From Pristiophorus japonicus (taxonomy: Eukaryota), in NCBI RefSeq assembly GCF_044704955.1, contig NC_091988.1:84754001-84818000 (forward strand): a DNA stretch of 64,000 nucleotides, written 5' to 3'. Below are positions 50,414 to 64,000 of the stretch, piece by piece. Position 1 is the stretch's first letter, and each line of letters begins with the position of its first letter. The position numbers were made by a program, and so were the translations under genes. Below the pieces are notes generated by a model, which saw only the letters and a list, made by a program, of their open reading frames with translations, was not told where the DNA came from and searched no databases.

Positions 50414-53400
50414 ATGGGGCAACTAGTGAAGGGTTTGGGGCCTCTGTTGGTTTTGATTGGAGCTGTTTGTTGCTCTGATACTAGGCAGCGGTTTAGAAAC
50501 TGGGACTTCCCATGGAGCATTGAGAAGGCCACTCGTGTCCCTCCTGGCCCAGCTTTTGATTCCAGTTTCAGTAAGTCTGAGGGGCGAAGTGTGTCTCCAC
50601 TGCAGACTGTGATGGTGCAATGTGGAGAGCAGAACCTGCTGGTCAGAGTACAGATGGATTTATTTGGAACCAGGCACCTGATTAAAGCAGCTGATCTGAC
50701 CCTGGGGTCAACAGGTTGTCGGCCAACTGGGGTCTACTCTCAGAACCACACCGTCCTATTTCATTATGGGCTCCATGAATGTGACAGCACAGTGAAGGTA
50801 ATGTGATTCTTGATCTAAAACCTTCTGCAAACAATGGGCCCCTGGGAGGAGGAACACTGGCATAGATTAGTTGGCCTGAATGGACTATTTGTGCTGAACA
50901 TTCTATGAAATATTTGGACCTGTAACAATATGATTTTAATGTAAGCTTTAATTTTGATTGGACTTCATGTTCAGAATATTTTAGAGGCTTGTTTAAATGA
51001 GATTCTCATTGAGGTTTCTTTCCCTGATTCAACCTTTTATTGATTGAATCAAAACTGGGCATCTGGACTGAAGTACAAGGTTATGAGACTGCCTTGAGCA
51101 ATGTAATAGTGGAGGGTGAGATGAAGGGTTGCAGCTACATGAGTGACTTTTGTTTTTGCTGTACATTTGGTGGTTTAGGCTTGATTTTCTGAGATTGGTT
51201 GGGACACAGTTGGAGTTCCATGCTGTTTGTGACTTGTAGAAAGAATCATGGGAACTGATTACTAAATATTCAAGGGTTCTTTATGCAAAAATGCTTGGAA
51301 AGATTGAGGCATTTTTCATCAAATTGAGGTGCCTCTAGAGTAAAGGCAGAACATGCTTATGGTGAAATTGTACTGAGGAAACCTAGACTGAAGACAATCC
51401 TTTTGAAGGAATTGTCAGGATTGTTTAAATTTGGAATGTTATGTCTTGCATAGTCAGACTAGATACTGCGAGCTCAAAGTAAGATGTGACCATAGTCCTT
51501 TTATTACAGATCAGAGTAGCCTGTGAGACCTCCTTCTTTTTTTTTTAATATATAATGATGCTCCCATGGCATAGTGGGATACCTTGGGACTCCAGGGGAT
51601 AAGTCCTCTGGTGGTTTGACATGGTATTTAAAGGTTTACATGCATCACCATAAGTGACCATAAAGTACTGAGGCCCAATGGAGCAGTTATCCCTAGTGCT
51701 GTCTTCCATCCCTAAACCCCTCTGCCTTTCTACCACTCCATCTGTTTATGGTACTTATTCAAACTTTGCTTAAGTGGTCAAGCCTTTCGTCAAAGATCTT
51801 GCGTCGATTGGTGCCAAACTTTTTTTTGAACCTCCCGTGAAGTGCCTTAATGTTTTACGATGTCAAGTGAGTTATATAAATGCCTAAGTGCTTGATTGAG
51901 GTTCCCTTCCCCTAGAGGCTGAAATATCTCTTCAAATGGATTTGGATAGGGCTGGGACTCTAATTAATAGAAGTATGAATTGCTGTGTGTTTCTCTAATC
52001 ACTGCTCTCTTGTCCAAGAATAACTCCCTTGTTCTGTACCTGACCCTGACCAGATCACATTTTCTCTCCCAGATGACGGACGACCTGCTGATTTACACCA
52101 CCCACCTGTACTACAAGCCGAGCCATATTGGAGGAGTCATTGTGAGAACCAGTGGAGCAGTGGTCCCTATTGTGTGCCATTATCCCAGGTAAGGTAGATG
52201 ATTGACAGGCTCTCCTTTCCTCCAACGGCGGTTGGGGGTGGTGGGGTTTGTGAATTGGAAGTTAAGCTGCCGCCTTCCTTCCCAAAGGAAGAGGACAGTG
52301 AGCAGCAATGCGATCAAGCCCACCTGGGTCCCCTTCTCCTCCACCAAGGCAGGAGAGGGACGTCTGTCATTCTCCCTGCGTCTGATGACTGGTAAGTGAT
52401 CGTCAATTGTCTACCATGCCTGTTTTACCCATTCCTTGGAATCAAGTGAGGAACCCAAAGCTTGTGTTCCTGTGCTCATTCTCTTTCCCTTTCCAGCTAA
52501 CTGGAGTGCAGAGCGTACCTCCAATATCTACCACCTGGGTGACCTCATTCACATCGAGGCCTCTGTGATGACCGTGAACCACATGCCTCTGAAGCTCTAT
52601 ATTGACCGCTGTATAGCTACACTGAGCCCAGACCAGGACTCCACCCCCAGATACAACATTATTGACTTCAACGGGTAAGGTCTTTATCTGGGCTGCATAA
52701 GTCACACTCCTAACTGTTTGGCGGAGGGAATCCATTCTTAATGATGCAGCTCTTTCCGACCCTCTTTCCAGTTGCCTGTTGGACAGCCGAGATGAAGACT
52801 CTTTTTCTTCCTTCGTGTCACCACGAGATCACCTGGATAAGCTTCAGTTCAAGCTGGATGCATTCCGCTTCTTTGAAGACGACAGGGACTTGGTAAGAGG
52901 AGACCAGATGTTGAGATGGTGAGCGTTTGACACTGAGTAACTCCTGCATGTGTCTCCTGCAGATCTTCATCACTTGCCACCTGAAAGTAGCTGCAGCAGA
53001 TCAAAGGCCAGATTCAGTCAACAAAGCTTGTTCCTTCCAGAAGCCAGCCAACCGGTGAGTGAATTCTAACCAACAATGGTGATCGTCTTTGGTCAGAATG
53101 CATCCATATGCCAATCGTGTGCTTCCTTGTTTGTTTAGATGGTCCCTGGTGACTGAATTGGACATGTCCATGGTGGAAGGATCTAATGAGGTTTGTGCCT
53201 GTTGTGATGGGGGCAACTGTGGAGCCTCGAGATTGCGATCTGGAGGAAGACTTCACTCCAGGGACAGGAGGGAAGTCCTATCTGAGCTGGGTATGTTGTG
53301 GTGGTATTGGGTGTTGGGGCTATTGTTCGATGTTTGTTTGTAACTGGATGGAATGAATTGTTGCAGAGTCGGAGCCTGTGTGGGAGGGTGAAGTTTCCCT

Positions 53401-53661
53401 TGGACCACTGATCGTTCTGGATGCTGATCTGAAGGACCTGGTCCATTCGATGGGAAGTGAAGCTGTCGAGACTCGTGAGGAGATTCCGAGTTCTTCTCCA
53501 GGTGAGTGTTGATTTTGAGAACCCAATTCCAGTCTAGTGACTCCTGACTCAATGGCTTCTCATTCTCTGCAGGTGAGGTGCTTCTGGTTGTGACGTTGGC
53601 AGTTGGGGCCCTGATCTCAGCCACTCTGGTGGCCGCCTTCCTCTTTAGGAAACACACCTGA
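50414..53661 (+). CDS. ZP3: ZP3 copy G5, intact, 456 aa
   Basis: Exons 50414-50797, 52073-52188, 52288-52391, 52497-52674, 52772-52892, 52963-53054, 53139-53290, 53367-53501, 53573-53661. All GT-AG with an open frame; furin site RDRR. Confidence 0.95.
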
Positions 53662-56600
53662 ATCCTTTCTCATTTGGGCTTTTCTATCATTTGTCAAAAA
53701 ATGGAGTAATAAATTTGAAATGTGAAGTGCTTGAATTAGTCTTTGGTCTTGGTGTTTTGAACTTCAATTGTTTCAAAGGCCCTTTTGCCTGTGTTTAAAT
53801 TCCACATTTCCCTTGTAACTGTTTTTATAAAAAAAAAATGACTAAATTTCTAGTGCAGCTGCTTGTGCTATCATGATACTGGTCACGGCGACCATCCCAC
53901 TCCCACTTTCCCTAATGAGCCCCCATTCTCTCCGACTGTTTCCAGCACATTAGTCGGTCCCGGTTCTCTGATTCAGTAAAATGGCCTTTTGCCCATCTGC
54001 AATATTTTACATCAGTTAAAGGCCACAGGGTTTTATTTTCATCCCAAATTGGTCCCAGTAGTGTGCAGATCATTGTTGGAAGGTTGAAATCCCAGCTGGA
54101 ACATAATATTGAGTGAAAAATTGGGTCTGCCTATGTGGCCCTCCTTGGTAGAGCAAGGCTGCTAATGCTCACAGGTGAAGAATGAATGAGTTTAGGCAGC
54201 AAAGGGCAGCCAACACCCTTGTAACTATTGGTGTGAGTCAACCATTCAGCAGAGAAAATGAGGGCCAGGGTGGAGTTACTGCAGATTATATAAATGTGTT
54301 TGCAAACTGTTGCTGGTAATGGTGCCATTCAACTAGGCTTTCTCCCAAAAGACTGACTCACTGACCCTCGAAGCTCCTTTACTCCCTGCACCTGCTGCCT
54401 ATTTCCTTTCCCCTTCACTTGATTGACAAACCTGACCACACAAATAATACATGGGAGAAAAAATCCAAACTGAAGTGTAGCCTCGATTGGCTGATTTCAA
54501 TAGTCGCAGGATACTTGAAGTGGGCTAGTGTTGCAGCTGCTGACGTATGCAGGAAGAGGATTTGGGAAGTGAGGGGTGAAATTCTTCCAGGAAAAGGAAG
54601 ACCAACCAACGTAACATGGTGTTGGAACAAGTGGCGGTGGTGAGGGATGAATTATCATAAGCTGCGGAGAGATTAAGGTGGCAGACCAGTGCTGCCAGCT
54701 TTCTCCATTCAGTGAGCAGGTCCCTGGGCTTTGTGGCCGCTGCTGCCATCACAAACATTGGAGGGGGGGTGCAGTGTTGTGTTTGGATCACAGCCACCAT
54801 TTTGCTTCGCTGGATTCCCACCTAATATGGCATGTTTTTTTTTTAAAGCTGACTTATTAAAGTTTTTAAATCAGTGTTGAGAATCCTGAACCTACCACTG
54901 AGTGGTTGAAACAAATAGCATGGGTGTATATAGAGGGAGGTTGGACCAGCATGTCGGAGAAGGGATATGCTGCTAGATTTCAATGAAAGACTGGAGGAGA
55001 CTCGAGTGGAGCATGGACTGATTGGGCAGAATGAACTGTTTCTGTGCTGTATATCCTGTGTAAAATCCCAGGCTGCTTGGCAAGCCATTTGCAATATTTT
55101 TGCAGACCATTGGTTGAGCACCTCTGATCTGAAAGACATGAGACCAGATTTGGAGGCCTAGATTTTACTGATTCTCTCCACCTGCCACTTTGGGGTCAGT
55201 TGAAACTCAGCAGTACCTGAGTTTAAAAGGATGGAACCTGCACGCATACAGCAGGGTAGGAGGCCACTTGACCCTTTTTGCCTGTATTTAATATTGAAGC
55301 ATGGAAAATAGGAGCAGTAGTAGGCTGTTTGATCCTGTACCACCATTCAATATGATGATGTCTGATCCTCTCTCTCTCCCCTCCTCACCATATTCCTGCT
55401 TTCTCTCCATACTCCTTTGTCTTGCTATATCTCAAATATATTCCATGACTTAATTTCCACAGCCTTCTGTGGTAGAGAATTCCACAGGTTCACCACCCTC
55501 TGAAGAAATTTCTCATGTCCTAAATTTCCTACCCCTTATCCTGAGACACTGACCCCTTGTTCTAGACTTCCCAGCCAGGGGCAATATCCAGTCTGTCCAA
55601 CCCCATCAAAATTTTATATATTTCACTGAGCTCTCCTCATTCTGCTAAACTCTAGTGAATACAGGCCTAGTTGACTGATTTCTCGCCTCATACGAGTCTT
55701 GCCATCCCAAGGAATCAGTCTGGTGACCCTTTGCTGCACTCCCTCTATGGAAAGTATAACCTTTAGTACTTTAAATCTATCATCTGGTGACTGACCCTTC
55801 TGCTAGAAAGTGTTCTCCTTCCCATTCCTTATGAAAACCTTCATAACTTTTTGACAGTCTCTATTAAATCTCCACTCCTCTGGATTAAATATTGTGCCTT
55901 TAAATGGATGTAAGTAATAAGGAGCTGCTGCCATCTTTCTGCAGAAGGTAGATGGGGTTACAGACATCCAGCATTCAGTCAGCCAGGAAGTTGTGTGAGC
56001 AGGTTCTAGTCTCTCTCCAGTGCCAAGGGAATAGACCAAAGCAGCATCTCCTTAATTGGCCACTGCAGGTGTAGGTATGTTTTGGCCTCCGTGTACTGTA
56101 ACTTCACTAAATGTGATCCATATTTAATATCCCTCAAGGGTTAGTTGTAATTGTCTTAATTTTCTATGGGTACATAAAGAAAGAATAGTTAAGGTAAATG
56201 TTCATTCCCTAGAGAATGAGACTGGGGAACAGGGAAATGGCAAACATTGAACAAATATTTTGTAATCTTCGGTAGACAATTTTTTACTGCTCCAATGATT
56301 GACCTGGACCTTATATATTTGTCACTGGTCACCATCCAGCACCTGATGGCCTACCTGCAGTAAACTGGCTGCTGTGCATTCTCCCTGCCCCACAGGGGAC
56401 AATGGAAAGCGTTGTGACGTCGAGGAAGCCATGCCCCTGTCACTCCCTGCTCTGAGGCAGGTGGGCTCATGTTGGCCAAAGATGGCACCTAAAACTCACT
56501 GCAACCCCCGACAGTAAAAAAAGCCCTTCCACCCAAAGGTGCCCCGCCGCCGACTCGGTAGCCAAATCTCTCCACCCGCACATGTACTTGAGTAAGTCTG

Positions 56601-59600
56601 CAGGGAGGTTGTGCGCTGCCCAGGACGCTCCTCCATCCTCCGCAGTGGCTGTGAAACACGCCTGTCCACCAGTAATCTCCCACATGGAAGGTTATTGCAC
56701 AAGATAAAAGTTCACGGGATTGGGGGTAATATATTAGCATGGATAGAGGATTGGCTAACACAAGAGTCGGGATAAATGGGTAATTTTCCACTTGGCGAAC
56801 AGTAACTAGTGGGGTGCTGCAGGGATCGGTGCTGGGTCCTCGACTATGTACAATCTATTAATGACTTGGATGAAAGGACCGAGTGTAATGTAGCCAAGTT
56901 TGCTGATACAAAGATGGGTGGGAAAGCAAATTGTGAGGAGGACACAATCTGCAAAGGGATATAGACAAGCTAAGTGGGCAAAAATTTAGCAGCTGGAGTA
57001 TAATGTGGGAAAATGTAAGGTTATCCACTTTGGCAGCAATAATTGAGAAGCAAATTATAATTTTAAATGAAGATAAATTGCAAAATGCTGCGGGGCGGGG
57101 GGGTCCTTGTGCAAGAAACAAAGTTAGTATGCAGCGACAGCAAGTAATCAGGAAGGCAAATGGCATGTTGGCCTTTATTGCAAGAGGGATAGAGTATCGA
57201 AGCAGGGAAGTCCTGCTACAACTGTACAGGGTATTGGTGAGGCCACACCTGGATTACTGTGTACAGTTTTGGTCTCAGTATTTAAGGAAGGATATACTTG
57301 CATTGGAGGTTGTTCAGAGAAAGTTTACTAGGTTGATTCTGGCGCTAAGGGGGTTGACTTATGAAAGTAGGTTGGGCCTATATCATTGGCGTTCAGAAGA
57401 ATGTGAGATATTGACAAGATAATGAGCTTGACCAGGTGGATGCAGAGGACTTAGTCTCAGAATAGGGGGCTGCCCATTTAAAACTAAGATGAGGAATTTC
57501 TTCTCGAGTGTTGTAAATCTATGGAACTCTCTGTCCCAGAGCGCTGCAGTCATTGAATATATTTAAGCTGGTGATAGGTTTTTGAGCGGGCAGGGAAGGG
57601 AGCTGAGTTCATTATCAGGTCAGCCATGATCTTATTAATTGGTGGAGCATGCTCGAGGGACCAGGTTGCCAACTCCTGCACCTATTATTCTCATACTACT
57701 TCTGGGCTCCCTGACCAGAGGAAATATTTTTCCCCACCAATTCCTTTTAACCTACATCTCAATTCGATCACCCTTTTTCCTTCTTTACTCAAGGAATACG
57801 AACCTAGTCGAAGCAGCCTGTTTGTATAATTTAGCCCTAGTATCATTCTGATAAATATTGGCCAGAACATGTAGAGGACTGACCTCTTTTCAATAGTCCC
57901 ATCGGATATTTTACGGCCGCTAGAGAGGCCAGATGGAGCCACGGTTGAACGTCCCATCAGAAAGACGAACCTCTACCAATGCAGTGCTCCTTCAGTATTC
58001 AACTAGTGTTGGCCTGGATTTTGTGCTGCAGTCTCTGGAGTGGGATTTGCATACATGATCTTCTGACCTCAGGTAGGGGTGCTACCTACTGAGGCAAATT
58101 CAATGTCTGATCTCCTCTGTACTAAACATTGTTAATGGTACTGAGGCCAACAGAGCAGAAAATCCCAGATTCAATGCTTGGTCTGCTCCGTGTTTGCCAA
58201 TCTCAGCAAGGGGAGCAGTGTGGGGGAATATAGTTGGCCTCTGACTCTTGGCTAGTGCGGTGGCAAGTTAGCTGAAGATTCTTGCTCCTGATCACCATCC
58301 GGACATCCTGTCTGGAAAGTGCAGTTATGAGGAGTGGATTCAAATTTCTGCTGCTGTTTTCCAATCCTCAACCCAACACTCCCTCAATATCCCTTTCCCA
58401 ACTCCACCCCTAGGCTGGAATCAGTATAAAACTCCCCTTGGGCTGTACTTGTAAACTTTTTGTATATATAAAGCACCATGATCTGAAAACACCATGTAAT
58501 GCAAGTTCTGTTCAGTAATGTATGTTGCAAAGAAATCTAACTGTAACCTCACCCATTCCATGTACTGTAATTTGATGACTGTATTACAATGTATCCTGAA
58601 TTGTACCTCTGCAATGTAAAGCAAGCAAATGTATTGAACGGAACCGCTGTCAGTATCGAACTGTATTGTATTAAATTGCTGACCACATCCAACTGTACTG
58701 AACTGCTTTTCAATGTATTTTGAATATAAAAATTTACAAGTATACTTGGAAATGAAACAAAAACTCCACTTCCCTACCCTACCACGGTCAAGTAACGAAA
58801 ACATGCATTGGCTGGGCATACAAGAACAGCAGCCAATCAGGGTGAGGAATCTCTTTGAATCAATGCCTTCAGGAAAGGAGAACATTGGAGTGGGGAACAA
58901 AAAGACCCAAACTAAAACAAATTGAGCTTTCTTCTTTGGGCTTTTGGGATTCAAGGTATGGATTTGACCCAGCCTGATGAAATGGAAGACTCTATACTCT
59001 TTTTCTCCCTTTCTTTTTTTTTACTCCCTACTGCCTTTACTGGTTAGAGGATAATCTCCACTCTTCCCAACCCAGACCCACAGCACAAAACTAACTCTCA
59101 ATCAGGTGCTTAAAAATGGTCGTTCTCACTCTCCCAGCTCACAAGGAGTGTCTAGTGTGAGATGGGGTAATGCCACACTGGTATAGGGGTTCTTGCCCAT
59201 GTCCGCGCAGTGTTAATTTTCATTGTTGGGGTCAGCATTCCTCTTCCCAAATCTCCAACCACCATTGTAAAAGGTCTGGGAATCTGGTTCGAAAATGAAA
59301 TTGTGGGGAAAACTGGCCCGCCCTGGATTACCCTGGAGTCTACACAAAATAAAGATAAATCTCCACGACACTGCTGCAAGCAGAAAAATCACAGGAGCAT
59401 TAAAATAAATTGTCGTCTTCATTTTCTCTGAGTACTTCTGTTTATTGATGATAAAAATATTGGAGAAAGGATAAAATGGTTATCTGACTGGGAATCAAGA
59501 ATCACCTGCGTGGGTAAGGAAATGACTCCGCTCTCCAATCAGGATGGGAAGGTGGGGTGCCCTCAGGATGAACGTGTTGGTGGAGGGGTTGGAGGTCATG

Positions 59601-62600
59601 TGATGAAACCTCCAGGAATATGTCCAAAGAGGAGTTGGCCGTTCTGCCTGGGTATCGGAACACTCCGACTGGGTTACCGCCTCCGCATCTTATTCATTCA
59701 TAGAGTAGCTTTATATATTACACGAGTCGATCTCTCCTGGTGTTGTTCATGGGAAGTCCAGGATCTCTTTCTTGATAACTATAGGGGCCCTGTGGAAGAT
59801 TATACATAATAGAGGCCCAACTGGTCAGCCATGGTGCAATAGGTAACATGCTCGCACCTCAGTCAGAAGGTTGTGGGTTCAAGTCCCACTTGAGGGAGTT
59901 GAGCAGGTAATCCAGGCCAACACTTCCAGTGCAGTACTGAGAGAGTGCTGCACTGTCGGAGGTGCCGTCTTACGGATAAGACATTAAACTGAGACTCTGC
60001 CTGTAATTCTGTCATTACAACTGTGACCACACTTCAAAAATTCTTTGTTGACTGTAAAGTGCTTTTGGATGTTCCGTGGTTGTGAAATGTGCTATATAGA
60101 CACAAGGGGCGAGATCTTCGGCTTTCCGTCTTCAGGGTGAAAACAGAGGCGAGGCAGGAAATTTACTGCCCAATTAACGTTAGCGATTAATTGCTTAACT
60201 TTCAACATTTGGGCTCTGTGCCAGAGGTGGAGCGCAAAGGGAGGCGTTGAACTACTTTTGCAGCGCAAAAACAGGAACCTCGCCAACTTTAGTGCGGGGC
60301 CAGGAGCGCTCAGAGAGAGGCCTTGGGAGGGGAAAAAACGTCAAAAAATCATTAAAGAAACATTGCCAACACCCTTATCTCACAAATTGCTGCAAAAATT
60401 AAAACATTAAAAATTTTAACTTACCTTTTTTCCAGTTTATCCAACTCACCACCGTCGACAGGGCTGTGTTTTCCCTGGTGGTCATCGTGGGGCGCGTTTC
60501 GTGGCGTACGGGTCGAGTGAGACTCGAAACTCGCAGCGGTGTCACAATGTGAGCCGGTGCACACCTGGCGCAGCTCTCCCCGGTGTTTCTAAGCATCGCC
60601 GCCGCAAAAAACGAATCGAGGATCGCGGCAGGGTGAAAAACAGCTGACCGACAGATTTTTCGCCGCGGAGGGTCAAAACCTGGCAAAAACCCGATCGCAA
60701 ATGACCCCAAAATCCAGCCCAAGTTCTTTCTTTCTTTTCACTGGGTGTACAAATGGATTGTCCATTTTACCATAGTAGAACCACACTAAAACATGGCACA
60801 TCGGGACACTTCCTCCAATGGGGCCGCGCCACACTACCTGAGCACAGCTTCTGCCGAAACCAAACCACAAGTTCCTGAGGCGGCGGTTAATCCCCCCAAT
60901 AAACCACAGCCAGCTTCCTCCACATCTTCCTGCCAAGGTCATGAACAACACACCACAGCACTCCATAAACCAATTAATCAGCAAGGCCAGGAATTATAGC
61001 AGGGCATTGGTTGACTTTCCCCCCTTCCATAACCGACACTAAGGCAAATTGATCAACACCATGGGCCAAGATTAGTAAGCTCAGGACAAGTTCAGAAGTT
61101 AAATGTGGTGTCTGCTTGCCTGTCTGGTTCAGTTCCACCCTGTCCATCCTGAGTGAGCTATTGGGTCGTAGATCAGGAGCTGGGATTCCAGGGCAGGGAC
61201 TAAGGAGTGAGCAGGGGAAGGTGGGAGAGGGGGCGGAGGGCTCCGGGGAGGTCCCAGAGTAACAGAAGAGGGTGGGGGTGGGAAGGTAGGGGAAGGGGAT
61301 GGGGGGCAGGGACAGTTGCAGGGGGTGGGGTCTGGACCAGCTGGTTTGGCAGGGCTCGGACAGGGGGTGGGGAACAGTGCGAGTGGTGAGGTGCTGGGGC
61401 ACATAGTGACCAGTTGAAGGGGAAAGGTGTGGGAATAGGGACGGGGGGTGGGTGGGGCTAGGAGGTAGGTAACTGACATTGGGGTGCAGGAATTGTGGAT
61501 GGGGTGGGGTCAGTAGGTGGCAGCATCAGTGGGGGGAGGGGGCAGGGGATAGTTAGCAGGGTGCTGGAATTGGGGATGTGGGTGAGCTCAGGAGCCAGGA
61601 GTGGGAGAGGAGGGAAGCTCAAGTGGCAAAAGAATTTTCAATAATAATCGAGAGAAAAGAAGAATTCTGTAATAACTTGACCTCTGACCCAGGGCCTGGC
61701 GAAGACAAATATTCACAGGCCCAGACTGAGTGCAGCCCACGGGTTGGGATGGTTCACTCAGCCTTCCTGTCTCTCCTCCTCGGTCTTGTCCATGCTCAGG
61801 TGGCCCTGGAGAGGGAGCATGCGGTGCCCATCGGTACACTCGAGTCCTCCTGCAACCGATGGGTACCGCAGGGAAAGGAAAGTCTTATCGACACGAGTAA
61901 TAATATTGTGATTTACATTATGAGTTTATTTTAGTTTAATAGGTGATGATGTTTAATTATATTAGTGGTGCCGCCTCAGTTTAAGGGGCATTTGTGCAGC
62001 TGCCTCTCTGTTGGTGGAACTGGGCAATCCAGCATCACTTCTATTGATTTATTAAAATAAACCAAGACATGACCAATTCTCCACATGCAATCAGCTATTG
62101 GACCTCAACAGGTCACTACAGACTGCATCAGGCTGTAGGGCAGTTAACCTGTTTAGATCTGAATCCGATCTCACTCTGAACAAGTCTCCAATCGTTTTAG
62201 GGTCTTGCACCAAAAGGATTGTAAAAGAGCCCATGTGCAGCTTTAAAACTAACAACAACCTGCACTTATGTAGCACCTTTAACATCATAAGATGACCCAA
62301 GGAGCTTCACAGGAAAGTTATCAAACACAATTTGACACTGAGTCACAAGTGGAGATATTAGAACAGGTGATCAAAAACTTGTCAAATAGATAGGTCTTAA
62401 AGAGCGTCTTACAGGAGGACAAAAGCAAAATACTCCAGGTGCTGGAAATTTGAAATAAAAGCAAAAATTTTGGAAATACTCAGCAGGTCAGGCAACATTT
62501 TGGAGAGAGAAACACAGTTAACGTTTCAGGTCGATGAACTTCCATGAGAATTTAATGTCGATGACCTTTCATCAGCGTCTGAAAGGAGGAGAAATGCAGA

Positions 62601-63075
62601 GAGGAGGAGAGGTTCAGGGAGGATATCACACAGCTTAGGGCAAAGGCAGTTGAAGGCACAGCCACCAATGTTGGAGCAATCAAAATCAGGGAGATGCAAG
62701 AGTCCACAATTGGAGGAGTGCAGAGATCTCGGAGCGTTGCAGGGTTAGAGGACCCGAGGCAGGGGCGGAGTCGGGCAGTGGTACAGAGATGGAAATAGAC
62801 TTCTTTCAGTTCAACATTATCAAAGCTCTTAATAAAATATAGCTCTGTATTTATCTGAAGTTGTAAAGTATGATTAAATTTACATAGTTTGAATAGAATG
62901 TATGTTCTTTAGGTGTCTGTATATGTTTCTTTCATTATATTCTGTTTCAGTAAATGTTCAGTACATCAAAAAACAAAAGCTGAATTTGTCTTGTTCCCAG
63001 AGACCCAGATAGTCTCCAACCTGGAGCATCTCCCGATCACTGAACCAGTCTGTGTGAAAAACTTTCTGGAAACAA

Positions 63076-63167
63076 CCAATTAGTAAGAATGTTGAATAGT
63101 CTATTGGTTTAGTTTAGCCACACCTGCTCCAATTGTTTTCAGGTGATGGCAAGCTGTGTGTATAAAA
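63076..63167 (+). promoter_or_regulatory. ZP3 G6 proximal promoter
   Basis: Same motif set; TATAAAA 63161-63167. Confidence 0.7.
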
Positions 63168-63219
63168 GGGGATCAGGGGACTCCCCACAGAGAACAGTTG
63201 AGCTGCAGTAGTTTGTATT

Positions 63220-63603
63220 ATGGGGCAACTAGTGAAGGGTTTGGTGCCTCTATTGGTTTTGATCGGAGTGGTTTGTTGCTCTGATACCAGGCAGCAGTTT
63301 AGAAACTTGGACTTCCCATGGAGCATGCAGAAGGCCACTCGTGTCCCTCCAGGCCCAGCTTTTGGTTCTGGTTTCAGTAAGTCTGAGGGGCGAAGTGTGT
63401 CTCCACTGCAGACTGTGATGGTGCAGTGTGGAGAGCAGAACCTGCTGGTCAGTGTACAGATGGATTTATTTGGAACCAGGCACCTGATTAAAGCAGCTGA
63501 TCTGACCCTGGGGTCAACAGGTTGTCGGCCAACTGGGGTCTACTCTCAGAACCACACCGTCCTATTTCATTATGGGCTCCATGAATGTGACAGCACAGTA
63601 AAG
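63220..63603 (+). CDS. ZP3: ZP3 copy G6, exon 1 only (gene continues past the window end)
   Basis: 128-codon exon homologous to exon 1 of the other copies (closest to G4), with AAG|GTAATG donor. Intron 1 runs to position 64000. Confidence 0.9.
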
Positions 63604-64000
63604 GTAATGTGATTCTTGATCTAAAACCTTCTGCAAACAAAGGGCCCCTGGGAGGAGGAACACTGGCATGGACTAGTTGGGCTGAATGGACTGTTTGTGC
63701 TGAACATTCTATGAAATATATGGACCTGTAACAATATGATTTTAATGTAAGCTTTCATTTTGATTGGGCTTTATGTTCAGAATATTTTAGTGAGGCCTGT
63801 TTAAATGAGATACTCATGGAGGTTTCTTTCCCTGATTCAACCTTTTATTGATTGAAAATAAACTGGTCATCTGGACTGAAGTACATGGTTACTAGACTGT
63901 CTTGAGCAATGTAACAGGTGGAGGTTGAGATGAAGGATTGTGGTGACATGGGTGACTTTTTTTTGATGTACATTTGCTGGTTTAGTTTTGATTTGAGATT

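Noticed and set aside
1-64000. CRISPR array, operon or prokaryotic defence system
   Set aside because: Spliceosomal introns and vertebrate TEs throughout; no short repeat-spacer array was seen.

Overview
Eukaryotic (vertebrate) genomic DNA; the repeat content (CR1, L2, Deu-type tRNA-SINE, Penelope-like tails) points to a cartilaginous fish, which is my inference. The window is a head-to-tail tandem array of six + strand copies of a 9-exon zona pellucida ZP3 (ZPC) egg-coat gene, separated by 7-13 kb TE-rich spacers of two sequence types. Exons were reconstructed by hand from GT-AG sites. G1 (456-3694, 456 aa), G4 (34454-37604, 455 aa) and G5 (50414-53661, 456 aa) are intact. G2 (13700-16923) has a 2-bp frameshift in exon 5. 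G3 (24601-26190) lost its promoter and exon 1 at an ATGAA microhomology junction. G6 (from 63220) runs off the window. The most notable observations are: a two-gene higher-order repeat with recombinant copies; the complementary broken pair G2/G3, which could be spliced into one intact ORF; a hypervariable N-terminal segment; an 8-residue duplication-like insert in the ZP3 Cys-rich subdomain; a symmetric E-box/CCAAT promoter; a paralog-specific CR1 with empty sites; a CpG-rich MITE nested in a SINE tail; and a Penelope-like insert with hammerhead-ribozyme cores upstream of the genes. No prokaryotic-type system is present. Similarity statements are by eye, not computed.
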